This document shows positions 8,165 through 16,511 of a stretch of 25,108 nt of DNA, piece by piece. A program made the translations under genes and the position numbers. The notes below the pieces were generated by a model. That model worked only from the letters and a program-made list of their open reading frames with translations, did no database searches and was not told the origin of the DNA. Position 1 is the first letter of the stretch, and the number at the start of each line of letters is the position of its first letter. The DNA comes from a virus (lineage: Duplodnaviria > Caudoviricetes): positions 1-25,108 of IMG/VR virus record IMGVR_UViG_3300020042_001580; one strand, written 5' to 3'.

Positions 8165-10474
8165 TTAACTTCCTAACAATGGTTGATAAAATGCGTTGTT
8201 TGAACTCATTGTAAAAAGTTGCCATGATGCTGGACTAGATGACAAAAGAGTACCACTACTATCGTATAAACTTGCGTTGTAAGTAAGACCTGCTGAAATA
8301 CTTGTAGCATTTACAGCACCACTTCCCCAATCATTTGTATTAAATTGATATGTAAAAGACATAGGCGCACCACCTTGTTTAATTGAATATAATGTAGGTC
8401 CTAAGACACCTTGAATCCTTTGGACTCCTACAGTACCTGTCCATCCATTGTTTCCAGTTAATACTAAATATACATTTAAAAGAAATGAGTCTGAACCTGC
8501 TAAAGTTGTAGTTAATTGAAAAGAAGTATTTATTGATATTAAACCAGTATTACCATTCTTTTTTGTAAATGTTAAAAGATTATAAGGACTTGCTGTGTTA
8601 GCAGTAATATCTATAACAGATGTAAAATTACTTGCTGAAGCATTTGCTAAACCATTAATATTAATAGCAGAACCATTGTATGTGATGTTTGAGGTACTAT
8701 CACCAAATGCAAACAATCCTGTTTGGTAAAGTACACCACCAGAACCAGTCATTGTTGAGCCACTAATATTAGCGGTACTTGCTCTAAAATCACCAGTAAC
8801 ATTTAAAGCACCAGTATTAATAGATATAGCTGCAAGATTACCAACTTTTAAAGAACTAATATAAGGTGTTGACCATACTGTTTGATTTGTAGAAGGATTA
8901 TAAATACCGTCTGCTTGATACAATGAGTTTGTGCTAGAAGGATCAGGGTCACTTCCTGACCATGCAGCAGTTATGCTCCAAGAGCCTGAAGGTGGGAATG
9001 ATGCGTTACCACTAGTAGTTACTGTTGCAGATACAGGAGTAGGATTACCTGAGATACGTGCAAAAGTTAATCTTGATGAAGACCCGCTAGTTCCAGCATC
9101 TCCTGAATAACTAATAGGGCTTATACTTGCAGTTGTCCAATTTATAGTACTTGTTGTATTATTAATTGAATCAGAAAGATTTACTGAGGCTTCATACAAT
9201 GTATACCCAACAGAAGGTGCAGAAGGTATTGTTGCAGACCACCCACTAGTTGCTGTTGTTGGTGAGTATGTTCTAGATGACCATGTGTAAGTTGAAGTAC
9301 CTGATATGGCAGGTATTGTTATATCCCATTTGTATATATATGCAACTGCTTGTTGTAAACCATCCGTTGCGCTTGCAATTCTTTTTGTAAAACCAGATGT
9401 CCAAGATACAGTAGTAGTTGAGTCTGCAAGACTTGCCACTAGATCTTTGGTAGCTACCCATAATCTAATACCAGCAGTTCCAGGATTAGCAGTAAGAGTT
9501 GTGGACCAACCGTTTGTTCCAGTATAAGTTCCATTACTACGTGATGCCCATGTATACAGAGATGTTCCATTAGGATCTCCGGGCGTAACTGTAGTCCATT
9601 GATATAAGTAAGCAATAGCAGACTGTGTTCCCGGAGTACCAGAATCTGAAAAAACAAGTTGTTGAATAGCAACACCAGATTGCGTTACAACACCATAAAT
9701 ATTTTTGTATCTGATTGGGACAATAACGTTAGCAGATGCAGTCATTGCTGAGGGTATTGGCCACTCAGCGTGATCAGTTACTAATGTTGGAGATCCTACT
9801 GTAATATTATTATAAGCAATACCAGCATTACCCGTAGTTGAACTACTACCAATTCTCCAAGAATCATTTACAAAAGAAACATCAGAGTCTGTTTGAGCTG
9901 TGCTATAAGTAGTAATTACATTGTTATTTGCCCCATAAAGTTTCATTAAAATAGAAGAAAAATTTGGAACACCTGTAGTTGTGTCTCTAGGTACTTGCAA
10001 AGATGAGGGCATAAAATATGCGCTAAACGCTGCAGATACAGAATCACTTGAAGTAACTCTATCTAGATCAATAGCTACATTGTTTTCTTGAAACCAGCCA
10101 GCTCCCGGTGTAACTGTAGAAATATTAAATTTAATTTGCCTACCACCAATGGTTTGATAATACAAATAATATGTTGTACTGAAATTTTGGGTAGCTCTAT
10201 ACCAAGTATAATCTGTGGCATTAGATGATTGAGTAGTTGAATCGTTGTTTAAAATACCATAATAATTTGCATTAGTAGGTACATCAGAAAACCCGTTACC
10301 TACCGTGTCAGTAGCATATTTAATATGAATATATCTGTATAAATATACAAGAGGATTACTATCGCTTGGGTTTAACAATCCTACTCTTGAGGCACCAGTT
10401 TCTAATACATTCTGGTGCAAATCAAACAGATATGTATCTAGATCTTTTTGTCCGGTAATAGGAGGGCTTAACAT
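8165..10474 (-). CDS. Tail spike/needle-like or fibre protein (769 aa)
   Basis: Ser/Thr/Gly-rich, beta-type composition with two 90-aa internal repeats and an LKVGNLAAISINTGAL motif. Lies directly after the hub/nozzle gene and before a chaperone. Confidence 0.6.
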   Translation of the reverse strand: MLSPPITGQKDLDTYLFDLHQNVLETGASRVGLLNPSDSNPLVYLYRYIHIKYATDTVGNGFSDVPTNANYYGILNNDSTTQSSNATDYTWYRATQNFSTTYYLYYQTIGGRQIKFNISTVTPGAGWFQENNVAIDLDRVTSSDSVSAAFSAYFMPSSLQVPRDTTTGVPNFSSILMKLYGANNNVITTYSTAQTDSDVSFVNDSWRIGSSSTTGNAGIAYNNITVGSPTLVTDHAEWPIPSAMTASANVIVPIRYKNIYGVVTQSGVAIQQLVFSDSGTPGTQSAIAYLYQWTTVTPGDPNGTSLYTWASRSNGTYTGTNGWSTTLTANPGTAGIRLWVATKDLVASLADSTTTVSWTSGFTKRIASATDGLQQAVAYIYKWDITIPAISGTSTYTWSSRTYSPTTATSGWSATIPSAPSVGYTLYEASVNLSDSINNTTSTINWTTASISPISYSGDAGTSGSSSRLTFARISGNPTPVSATVTTSGNASFPPSGSWSITAAWSGSDPDPSSTNSLYQADGIYNPSTNQTVWSTPYISSLKVGNLAAISINTGALNVTGDFRASTANISGSTMTGSGGVLYQTGLFAFGDSTSNITYNGSAININGLANASASNFTSVIDITANTASPYNLLTFTKKNGNTGLISINTSFQLTTTLAGSDSFLLNVYLVLTGNNGWTGTVGVQRIQGVLGPTLYSIKQGGAPMSFTYQFNTNDWGSGAVNATSISAGLTYNASLYDSSGTLLSSSPASWQLFTMSSNNAFYQPLLGS

Positions 10475-10477
10475 TAA

Positions 10478-12019
10478 TTATCTCCGATCCGCAGGTTTGG
10501 TATCAAAAAGCATTGTGCTTAATCTCCAATAATTTGTTGATGTAATTCTAAAACTTAGCAATCTACCATTAACTCTAGGATCTACTTTATATCCTTGAGA
10601 TTTTTCATTGCTAGGTAAAAATGTAAATGTATCCTTTAAATTTGGATTATCAATAGATAAATCAGGAACGTCAGTATAATTGTTTTGTCCAACAACTCTA
10701 ATTGTTATATTAGCATCAACAGGTACTTTGTCAAATACAGGGAATAAAGATACAACTAAAGAGCTACCAGTTACATCCCCAGAATTAAGATATATTTTTT
10801 CAATATAAGAACTGTATGATGCTAATGCAGATCCATTCCACATTAAATAATTACTATCTGTAACTAAAGTTTGGGTACCTGTTGTTGTAAAATAAACCAC
10901 TTCTTTAGCATATTGAAAGGTATTAGACACATTTTCAGGACCAGTAAACGAATATGTAATGTTTCCTAAAGATCTTTTTGTCCATGTATTATTTTTATAA
11001 TTAAATATTAATGCTTCAGTACAAGATGTAGCACTTCCTTTAGGAAAATTAATCCAAATTTCTTTATAATATGAGTGTTTAGTTATATGAACTTTATCAA
11101 CATAACTTTTATTAAGATTATTAAAGAAATATTTTTTAATACGCCAATCAGCTATAGACTCAATAGAGCCAGAACCGTTATGAATATAGATATCGTTTCT
11201 ATCTACAACAAAATGGCTACCGTCAAATTCTGTTACACAATCTGTATTTAAAATACCATAAGACCTTGAATAAAATGATACTCTTGTTTGCGCCCCAATA
11301 GTAAGCAAGCTAATACTATCTGAAGAATAAACAAACATATTGCCTCTAAGTTCAGCCATATCTAATACAGGCGAAGTAGAACTTAACTCAAATTCATCTG
11401 CAGTATCTGTTGTTACTCCGGGTTGCCACACTCCGGGTACGTCACCAGTTTGTGCTTGCACTGAAACTCGAATAGTACCAGGAGCATACGTTGTTGTTCC
11501 ACCAGAGCTAACAGTTAAATTAGCTGCAACTAAAGAATAATTTAATGACCTAATAACTTTAGCAGTAATAGTCATTCCTGCAACATAATTCCAATTAGGT
11601 AAAGGTTGAAAAGTACTTCCAGCAGAAGCACTCCCATACAAACAATACAAAGGAGTTGTATTACCATTATTCATAATAATAGCATAGCCACCGTTAAATT
11701 TAGTAGCTTGCCAATCACTATTGTTGTATGCTGCGTCTCCACTACTAAACATAGAAGAAGAACCACCTGACGCATCTACCCTAACAATATTTCCATTTTT
11801 AGCAAAGATATTGTATCCTTGATCAGGTCTCCTCCAATGAATTCCAAAATCAGGTGAATTAGATACTGTTCTTGATGTTGTTTCACCTGTAATTGTTTGT
11901 ACGGCTTCATCATCGAAGCGAACGTTTAATACATCTGTAAATGTATTTGGTGGTAGAATCATAGGTGGTACATCAGTGTTTAAACCACCCTTACCTAGCT
12001 TATCAACTGGAGTTGCCAT
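10478..12019 (-). CDS. Tail hub/nozzle (P22 gp10-like stabilization protein; 513 aa)
   Basis: Size of about 510 aa, N-terminal GGLNTD..P......DVLNVRF, beta-propeller-like sequence, KEIWINFP...ALIFNYKNNTW motif and C-terminal RVNGRLLSFRI. RBS AAGGA. Confidence 0.65.
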   Translation of the reverse strand: MATPVDKLGKGGLNTDVPPMILPPNTFTDVLNVRFDDEAVQTITGETTSRTVSNSPDFGIHWRRPDQGYNIFAKNGNIVRVDASGGSSSMFSSGDAAYNNSDWQATKFNGGYAIIMNNGNTTPLYCLYGSASAGSTFQPLPNWNYVAGMTITAKVIRSLNYSLVAANLTVSSGGTTTYAPGTIRVSVQAQTGDVPGVWQPGVTTDTADEFELSSTSPVLDMAELRGNMFVYSSDSISLLTIGAQTRVSFYSRSYGILNTDCVTEFDGSHFVVDRNDIYIHNGSGSIESIADWRIKKYFFNNLNKSYVDKVHITKHSYYKEIWINFPKGSATSCTEALIFNYKNNTWTKRSLGNITYSFTGPENVSNTFQYAKEVVYFTTTGTQTLVTDSNYLMWNGSALASYSSYIEKIYLNSGDVTGSSLVVSLFPVFDKVPVDANITIRVVGQNNYTDVPDLSIDNPNLKDTFTFLPSNEKSQGYKVDPRVNGRLLSFRITSTNYWRLSTMLFDTKPADRR

Positions 12020-12040
12020 GAGATATCCTTTTTATTACTA

Positions 12041-12487
12041 TTAGGTACCAAGTAAAGCGCATTCAGCTTTGCGTCTTTTGTTAAGACCAGCTAAAACTTT
12101 ACCTCCACCTTTATTCCATTTCATTAACTCTACCTTAGCGGCTTCCCAGTCTTGCTCATTAATCTTCCGTCTTAATGTACTTGTTTGAAGTCTACCTACA
12201 CCTAAGTTATAACAAAAGCTAACAATGGCATTTAATTTCTTTTCATCTGTAGCTAGTACAGGACAATGCTTAAGTGTTCCGGGCAAATAAGTATGATGTA
12301 ATTCCCTGAGAAGTAATTCATAAGCTTCAGGCTCACTCATAAGAGGATCCTGAAGCGTTACTTTTTTACCATCAGCATAGTATGTACTGCCGTAGCCAAT
12401 AGTAGCTACATTGGCAGGACACATGTAAGGCTTAGAACTAAAGCCTTCAAAATATTTACACAATTCTGCGGCTAATGTTAAGTTCAT
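12041..12487 (-). CDS. Endolysin, GH24 phage lysozyme (148 aa)
   Basis: FEGFSSKPYMCPANVATIGYG gives an E-x8-C-x5-T catalytic triad. Also AIVSFCYNLGVG, STLRRKIN and WNKGGGKVLAGLNKRRKAE. Confidence 0.93.
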   Translation of the reverse strand: MNLTLAAELCKYFEGFSSKPYMCPANVATIGYGSTYYADGKKVTLQDPLMSEPEAYELLLRELHHTYLPGTLKHCPVLATDEKKLNAIVSFCYNLGVGRLQTSTLRRKINEQDWEAAKVELMKWNKGGGKVLAGLNKRRKAECALLGT

Positions 12488-12981
12488 AGTCCACGCTTGC
12501 TGAGTGTTCTGTCAAGGAACCAGTAGTTAAGAGTACCAGATACAAGAGCCGCAAAGTCTGCTGACATCATTACCTTGAATACTTCTACTGGAGGCATACC
12601 GCTGTGCCATGAATTATAGGCTAACCAGATATGCACAAATGACCACAGGATTAAAATCCAGTATGTTACTACAGGTCTTACTGAGGCTGACAATGCGGCT
12701 ACCCATCCACCACCAGCGGCTTTAACCATTGCTGTTTGTTGTTCAATAGCAGATTGAAAAGCATCCATAACACCAACATCAATAGCGGCTTCACGTTGAG
12801 CACCAATCTCAGCTAGCTTCTGTACACCACGTTGAGCCTCAAGATCACACTGAAACTTAAACATATTAAGCTCATGACTACGCTCATTCTTCTTATCTAA
12901 CCACTTGAGGACTTCAGGAGCTAGCCTAAAAATACCTCCAAAGAGTGATCCTAAAATACCACCACTTAAAATATCTAACAT
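12484..12981 (-). CDS. Holin, 3TM / GTA-holin-like (165 aa)
   Basis: N-terminal Gly-rich amphipathic helix, charged coiled segment, SASVRPVVTY followed by hydrophobic helices, and a C-terminal YWFLDRTLSKR. ATGA-coupled to the lysozyme. Confidence 0.7.
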   Translation of the reverse strand: MLDILSGGILGSLFGGIFRLAPEVLKWLDKKNERSHELNMFKFQCDLEAQRGVQKLAEIGAQREAAIDVGVMDAFQSAIEQQTAMVKAAGGGWVAALSASVRPVVTYWILILWSFVHIWLAYNSWHSGMPPVEVFKVMMSADFAALVSGTLNYWFLDRTLSKRGL

Positions 12982-12984
12982 ATA

Positions 12985-13134
12985 TTATAATCCTATTTTA
13001 CTTAACAATAAAGCAACAATCTTATTAGAAAGATCGTCAGGGAGAAACTTAAGGAAGCCTAAGAAGTACAAAGCTACACAGCCATAAACAAATATCTTTA
13101 AGGCTAAATCAAATGTCTTCTGATACTCGTTCAT
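12985..13134 (-). CDS. Small membrane protein, 49 aa (not in ORF track)
   Basis: MNEYQKTFDLALKIFVYGCVALYFLGFLKFLPDDLSNKIVALLLSKIGL*. The ATG overlaps the upstream TGA (ATGA at 13131-13134), and the stop lies 3 nt before the holin start, so it fills the gap exactly. Confidence 0.75.
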   Translation of the reverse strand: MNEYQKTFDLALKIFVYGCVALYFLGFLKFLPDDLSNKIVALLLSKIGL

Positions 13135-13628
13135 CTACCACACCTGTGTGTAGTTGCACAGAACTCAACTAATTCATAAACACCAAGAAATAATAAAAAC
13201 AAAGAGAAAGATAAAGCACCTATTATCATACCTATTTCATTTATCTCTTGTTCTTTTTCTCTAGCTTTTTTATCAGCTGCTTTTAACGCACTTATTTCTT
13301 TAGCATCTGCTAAGTCCATCTCTGCTTGTCTAGCTTTAATTTTATTCCAAACATCAATCTTACCTGTCTGCATAAAGAGCATTTTAAGCTCTTCTTCAAA
13401 AGCTCTGGCTTGGTCAAGTGCCATTTCAATCTGTAATGCAGTTCCCATATTGGAACCTTTATTAGATTGTTTAGCTTGAAGCATAGCTTTTGTAGCTACA
13501 CTCTTAGCATCAAACATCTTTGCAATCATAGGTGCTAAAGAACCTAAGTCATTAGCTACTTTACTAGCTTTTTTGACCATGTTAATTGCTGACTGTATAC
13601 CCGCTAGGGCTGTTAGAGGATCAATCAT
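13131..13628 (-). CDS. Hypothetical coiled-coil protein with C-terminal TM helix (165 aa)
   Basis: MIDPLTALAGIQSAI N-terminus, long helical region, TM segment IGMIIGALSFSLFLLFLGVY and a short C-x5-C tail. ATGA overlaps at both ends. Confidence 0.75.
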   Translation of the reverse strand: MIDPLTALAGIQSAINMVKKASKVANDLGSLAPMIAKMFDAKSVATKAMLQAKQSNKGSNMGTALQIEMALDQARAFEEELKMLFMQTGKIDVWNKIKARQAEMDLADAKEISALKAADKKAREKEQEINEIGMIIGALSFSLFLLFLGVYELVEFCATTHRCGR

Positions 13629-13768
13629 TTTTTATCTTTCCTTTTCCATTCTAAACAAACAACTTTTCGATTGTATACGTCACCTAACCAAGACCATCTA
13701 ATACATCTGTATTCTTCTTTAATAGGAAGATTAAGTGCTATAACTAGACTAATAGCAGAGATAAACAT
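13625..13768 (-). CDS. Small putatively exported cationic Cys/Trp peptide, 47 aa (not in ORF track)
   Basis: MFISAISLVIALNLPIKEEYRCIRWSWLGDVYNRKVVCLEWKRKDKK*. TAATG overlap with the upstream gene and ATGA overlap with the downstream gene. Confidence 0.75.
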   Translation of the reverse strand: MFISAISLVIALNLPIKEEYRCIRWSWLGDVYNRKVVCLEWKRKDKK

Positions 13769-14022
13769 TACTTATGTAACTTGTTATCTATAGCTAACCA
13801 TATAGCACCAAAGAAAGCACCAACAATAATTATTGGTTTAACTGCCCTTGCAATCCACTCAAGGACCATAAAGGCACCTTGAGCAGCATTAAAAGCTTTA
13901 ACTACTTCGTTAGTGCTTTTATCTAGTTTATCTACTTTAGCTTCTACTGCTAGAAGTCTTTCGTAGATGTGGGCGTGAGTTACTTCTAATTCAATCTCTT
14001 GATTTAATTCTAAGTTATTCAT
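13768..14022 (-). CDS. Small coiled-coil + C-terminal TM protein (84 aa; XhlA/holin-accessory-like architecture)
   Basis: Start reassigned to ATG 14022 (ATGA overlap with the chaperone stop). IYERLLAVEAKVDKLDK coiled coil, then PIIIVGAFFGAIWLAI TM segment. Confidence 0.65.
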   Translation of the reverse strand: MNNLELNQEIELEVTHAHIYERLLAVEAKVDKLDKSTNEVVKAFNAAQGAFMVLEWIARAVKPIIIVGAFFGAIWLAIDNKLHK

Positions 14023-14477
14023 GCCGTTCTTTCTACCCAATCAGGATTATGTGGCCACTCTGTAAATGTACGTGGATCAGTAATTGTTGATGGTAAGTCA
14101 CGAAGAGTTTGTCTATAGGTTGCCCACAAAGCTTTCTTAGTAAAGTCTACATCAGGCATTTGAGTCCAGTCACATGATGCTAACAGCTGATTCCTTGTTG
14201 CTTTAATGTTAGACATTGCAGAGTTTTTAGCTGTTTGAATTTCTTCAGCACTTAAATCTTCTGCTTTAACTAAACAAACAAATTCACCATCGTCATAAGC
14301 CGCACATTGAACTAACTTTTGTGTCAGTCGGTCATGGGTTTTGAAAAGGTTAACTTTTTTAGCATTGTTATCAGCTAAAAATTCAACACTTGGTCCGCTT
14401 GTTAAAAACGATGTGTTAGCAAACAGTTCACGATAATCGCCTACTGTAATTGGGCTTGTTAAAATTGCAATTTGCAT
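14019..14477 (-). CDS. Phage tail fibre assembly chaperone (copy 2)
   Basis: RNQLLASCDWTQMPD...WATYRQTLRDLP...WP signature. N-terminal YRELFANTSF resembles FRTLFPNTSL in copy 1. Confidence 0.8.
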   Translation of the reverse strand: MQIAILTSPITVGDYRELFANTSFLTSGPSVEFLADNNAKKVNLFKTHDRLTQKLVQCAAYDDGEFVCLVKAEDLSAEEIQTAKNSAMSNIKATRNQLLASCDWTQMPDVDFTKKALWATYRQTLRDLPSTITDPRTFTEWPHNPDWVERTA

Positions 14478-14486
14478 AATGTTTCC

Positions 14487-16511
14487 TTATGTTGGACCTG
14501 TATTTGAAAATGCCGCAGTTGGCGGGGTAAAGTTTGATGTGTATCGGGCATAGCCTTTGGTGATGCGTACATCGTCTATATAGCCTTGAGCCATGTGACC
14601 TGAATCGCCTTGTCCACCAATGTTAATTGGTAGTGTGCCATTGCCTAATGCAGTTGTTCCAAGAGAAAGTGTTGAACCAACTTGCGTTCCATCAACAAAC
14701 AATTTTCCTGAACTGCCACTTCTTGAAAAAGCAACATGATGCCAAGTGCTGTCATTTATAACGCCGCCGCCTGTGTTTGCAAAATAACTTGAGACATTGC
14801 TTACATAAAAATCAATTGAAGTTGCACTTGCATAACCCACAAAGAATCCCCAAGATGTAGCCGCAGGGCCGCCACTAGTTGCTTGAGTTAAAATTCCCGC
14901 ACCATTTGCTGTATTTGTGTTCAACCAAAGTTCAACCGTAAAGTCACCTGCGCCAAAATTTCCAATAGTTGCGCCAGCATACGAAACTATTTGACAATTA
15001 GAAGCATTAAATCCGTTAATTGACCCCGTACCAAACTTCGCCACGCTTGTAGAAATCTTTCCGTTACCTACAGTTTCTAAGTCGTTCATCATGGCGTTGT
15101 CAAAGATGCCAGCATTGGTCGTGTTTAGCAATAATGATGTATTTGTAATTGCAGTTAATGGGGCGGTTGAGGGCGTAAAATTTGACGTATAAACTGCAGT
15201 TCCATTAACTACTCTATAGTTAGATATTAAACCATTAAAATAAAAAGTACCACTTAAATATGCAGATCTACCAATATTGTATTGTGGGTTTGCAGTATTA
15301 GAAATTGACCCACTAACTACAAATGTTCTGTCTAATACTCCGTTAACATAACTTTTAAATGTATTACCGCCAGTACGAACTGCCGCTACATGTGTCCATG
15401 CTTTTACAGGAATTAAAATATTTCCTCGATTAGACGGAGTATCACACTCTAATAAATTCCAAGAGTTAGCTACTGAACTTGCCCACATACATAATCTATT
15501 ATCAAAAATCTCTAAACCAAACCCATCATAATGTGAAGAAGTATCTGTTCCAGGACCAGATATATATTTTCTAGTATTACTGTCGTTTATATAAACCCAA
15601 GCTTCTATAGTAAAATCATTACTAGCAAAATTAAATTGTGATCCACCGGGAACTGCTAAATAATCGCCACTACCATCAAAGTACCCTGACCCACCAATTA
15701 CGCTTGTAGAGTAGGCGGTAGCAGTACCAAATGGGTTAAAGCGTTGAACGCTTGGTGCTCCTGTTACTGTAATGGTAAGAGGGCTTGCGCTGTTATCAAT
15801 AAAGCGGTTTGATTGGCAAGTCAACAATGCCGTATTAGTGATTGCCGTTAAAGGTGTTGTAGATGGCGTAAATGCAGATGTGTAAACAGCTGTTCCAATT
15901 ACACATCTTAAATTAGATACATATCCAATAGCACCACTGTTGTAATAACCAATAACCACATTTCCGTTTGGACTACTACTGCTAGGTGCTGAACTTGTCC
16001 CTACTTGAACGCCATTTCTATAAAGATAAACAACACCAGAATTTCTTACAATTGCGTAATGATTCCAAGTGTTATCTGTAATTATAAAATTATTTAAGTT
16101 GTAAATCCAGGCGTTATTTGAAGAATTAGCAAAATAAATAGCACCACTACTATTTATGCTAAAAGGGGAATATGCACCCGAAGTCCCCCAAGACAATTCA
16201 AATATAGAACCACTAAACCAAAATTCAATCGTGTAGTTGCTAGTTGAAAGGTCTAATGTGCTAGATACAGTTAAATAATTGCCAGTCCCATTAAAATAAT
16301 TACTCCAATTAGACCCAAAAGGCGAAAAAGAACCTTGGGTTGTATTGCCGTTGCGGGTAATGGTAAGTGGGCTTGCGCTACTGTCTAGAAACGTATTGTT
16401 CTGTGCGCCATTAGTCCCATCACCATGTAAAAGCATAGTGACGTAGTTAAATTGCGGGTCTTTTGGTTCAGGCGCCCCCGCCCCTTTGTTTAATTTTTTA
16501 GCTAGAAACAT
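14487..16511 (-). CDS. Receptor-binding / tail protein with three LamG (concanavalin A-like lectin) domains (674 aa)
   Basis: Three repeats of [YF]T[IV]E.W ... W.H.A..R ... [YF].[ND]G ... IG ... G.I.[ND].R. Start reassigned to ATG 16511 (TAATG overlap). Confidence 0.8.
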   Translation of the reverse strand: MFLAKKLNKGAGAPEPKDPQFNYVTMLLHGDGTNGAQNNTFLDSSASPLTITRNGNTTQGSFSPFGSNWSNYFNGTGNYLTVSSTLDLSTSNYTIEFWFSGSIFELSWGTSGAYSPFSINSSGAIYFANSSNNAWIYNLNNFIITDNTWNHYAIVRNSGVVYLYRNGVQVGTSSAPSSSSPNGNVVIGYYNSGAIGYVSNLRCVIGTAVYTSAFTPSTTPLTAITNTALLTCQSNRFIDNSASPLTITVTGAPSVQRFNPFGTATAYSTSVIGGSGYFDGSGDYLAVPGGSQFNFASNDFTIEAWVYINDSNTRKYISGPGTDTSSHYDGFGLEIFDNRLCMWASSVANSWNLLECDTPSNRGNILIPVKAWTHVAAVRTGGNTFKSYVNGVLDRTFVVSGSISNTANPQYNIGRSAYLSGTFYFNGLISNYRVVNGTAVYTSNFTPSTAPLTAITNTSLLLNTTNAGIFDNAMMNDLETVGNGKISTSVAKFGTGSINGFNASNCQIVSYAGATIGNFGAGDFTVELWLNTNTANGAGILTQATSGGPAATSWGFFVGYASATSIDFYVSNVSSYFANTGGGVINDSTWHHVAFSRSGSSGKLFVDGTQVGSTLSLGTTALGNGTLPINIGGQGDSGHMAQGYIDDVRITKGYARYTSNFTPPTAAFSNTGPT

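Noticed and set aside
13075-13095. VYGC in the 49-aa ORF as a lipobox (o-spanin)
   Set aside because: Tyr at the -2 position is atypical, the hydrophobic stretch continues after the Cys, and there is no Pro-rich periplasmic domain.
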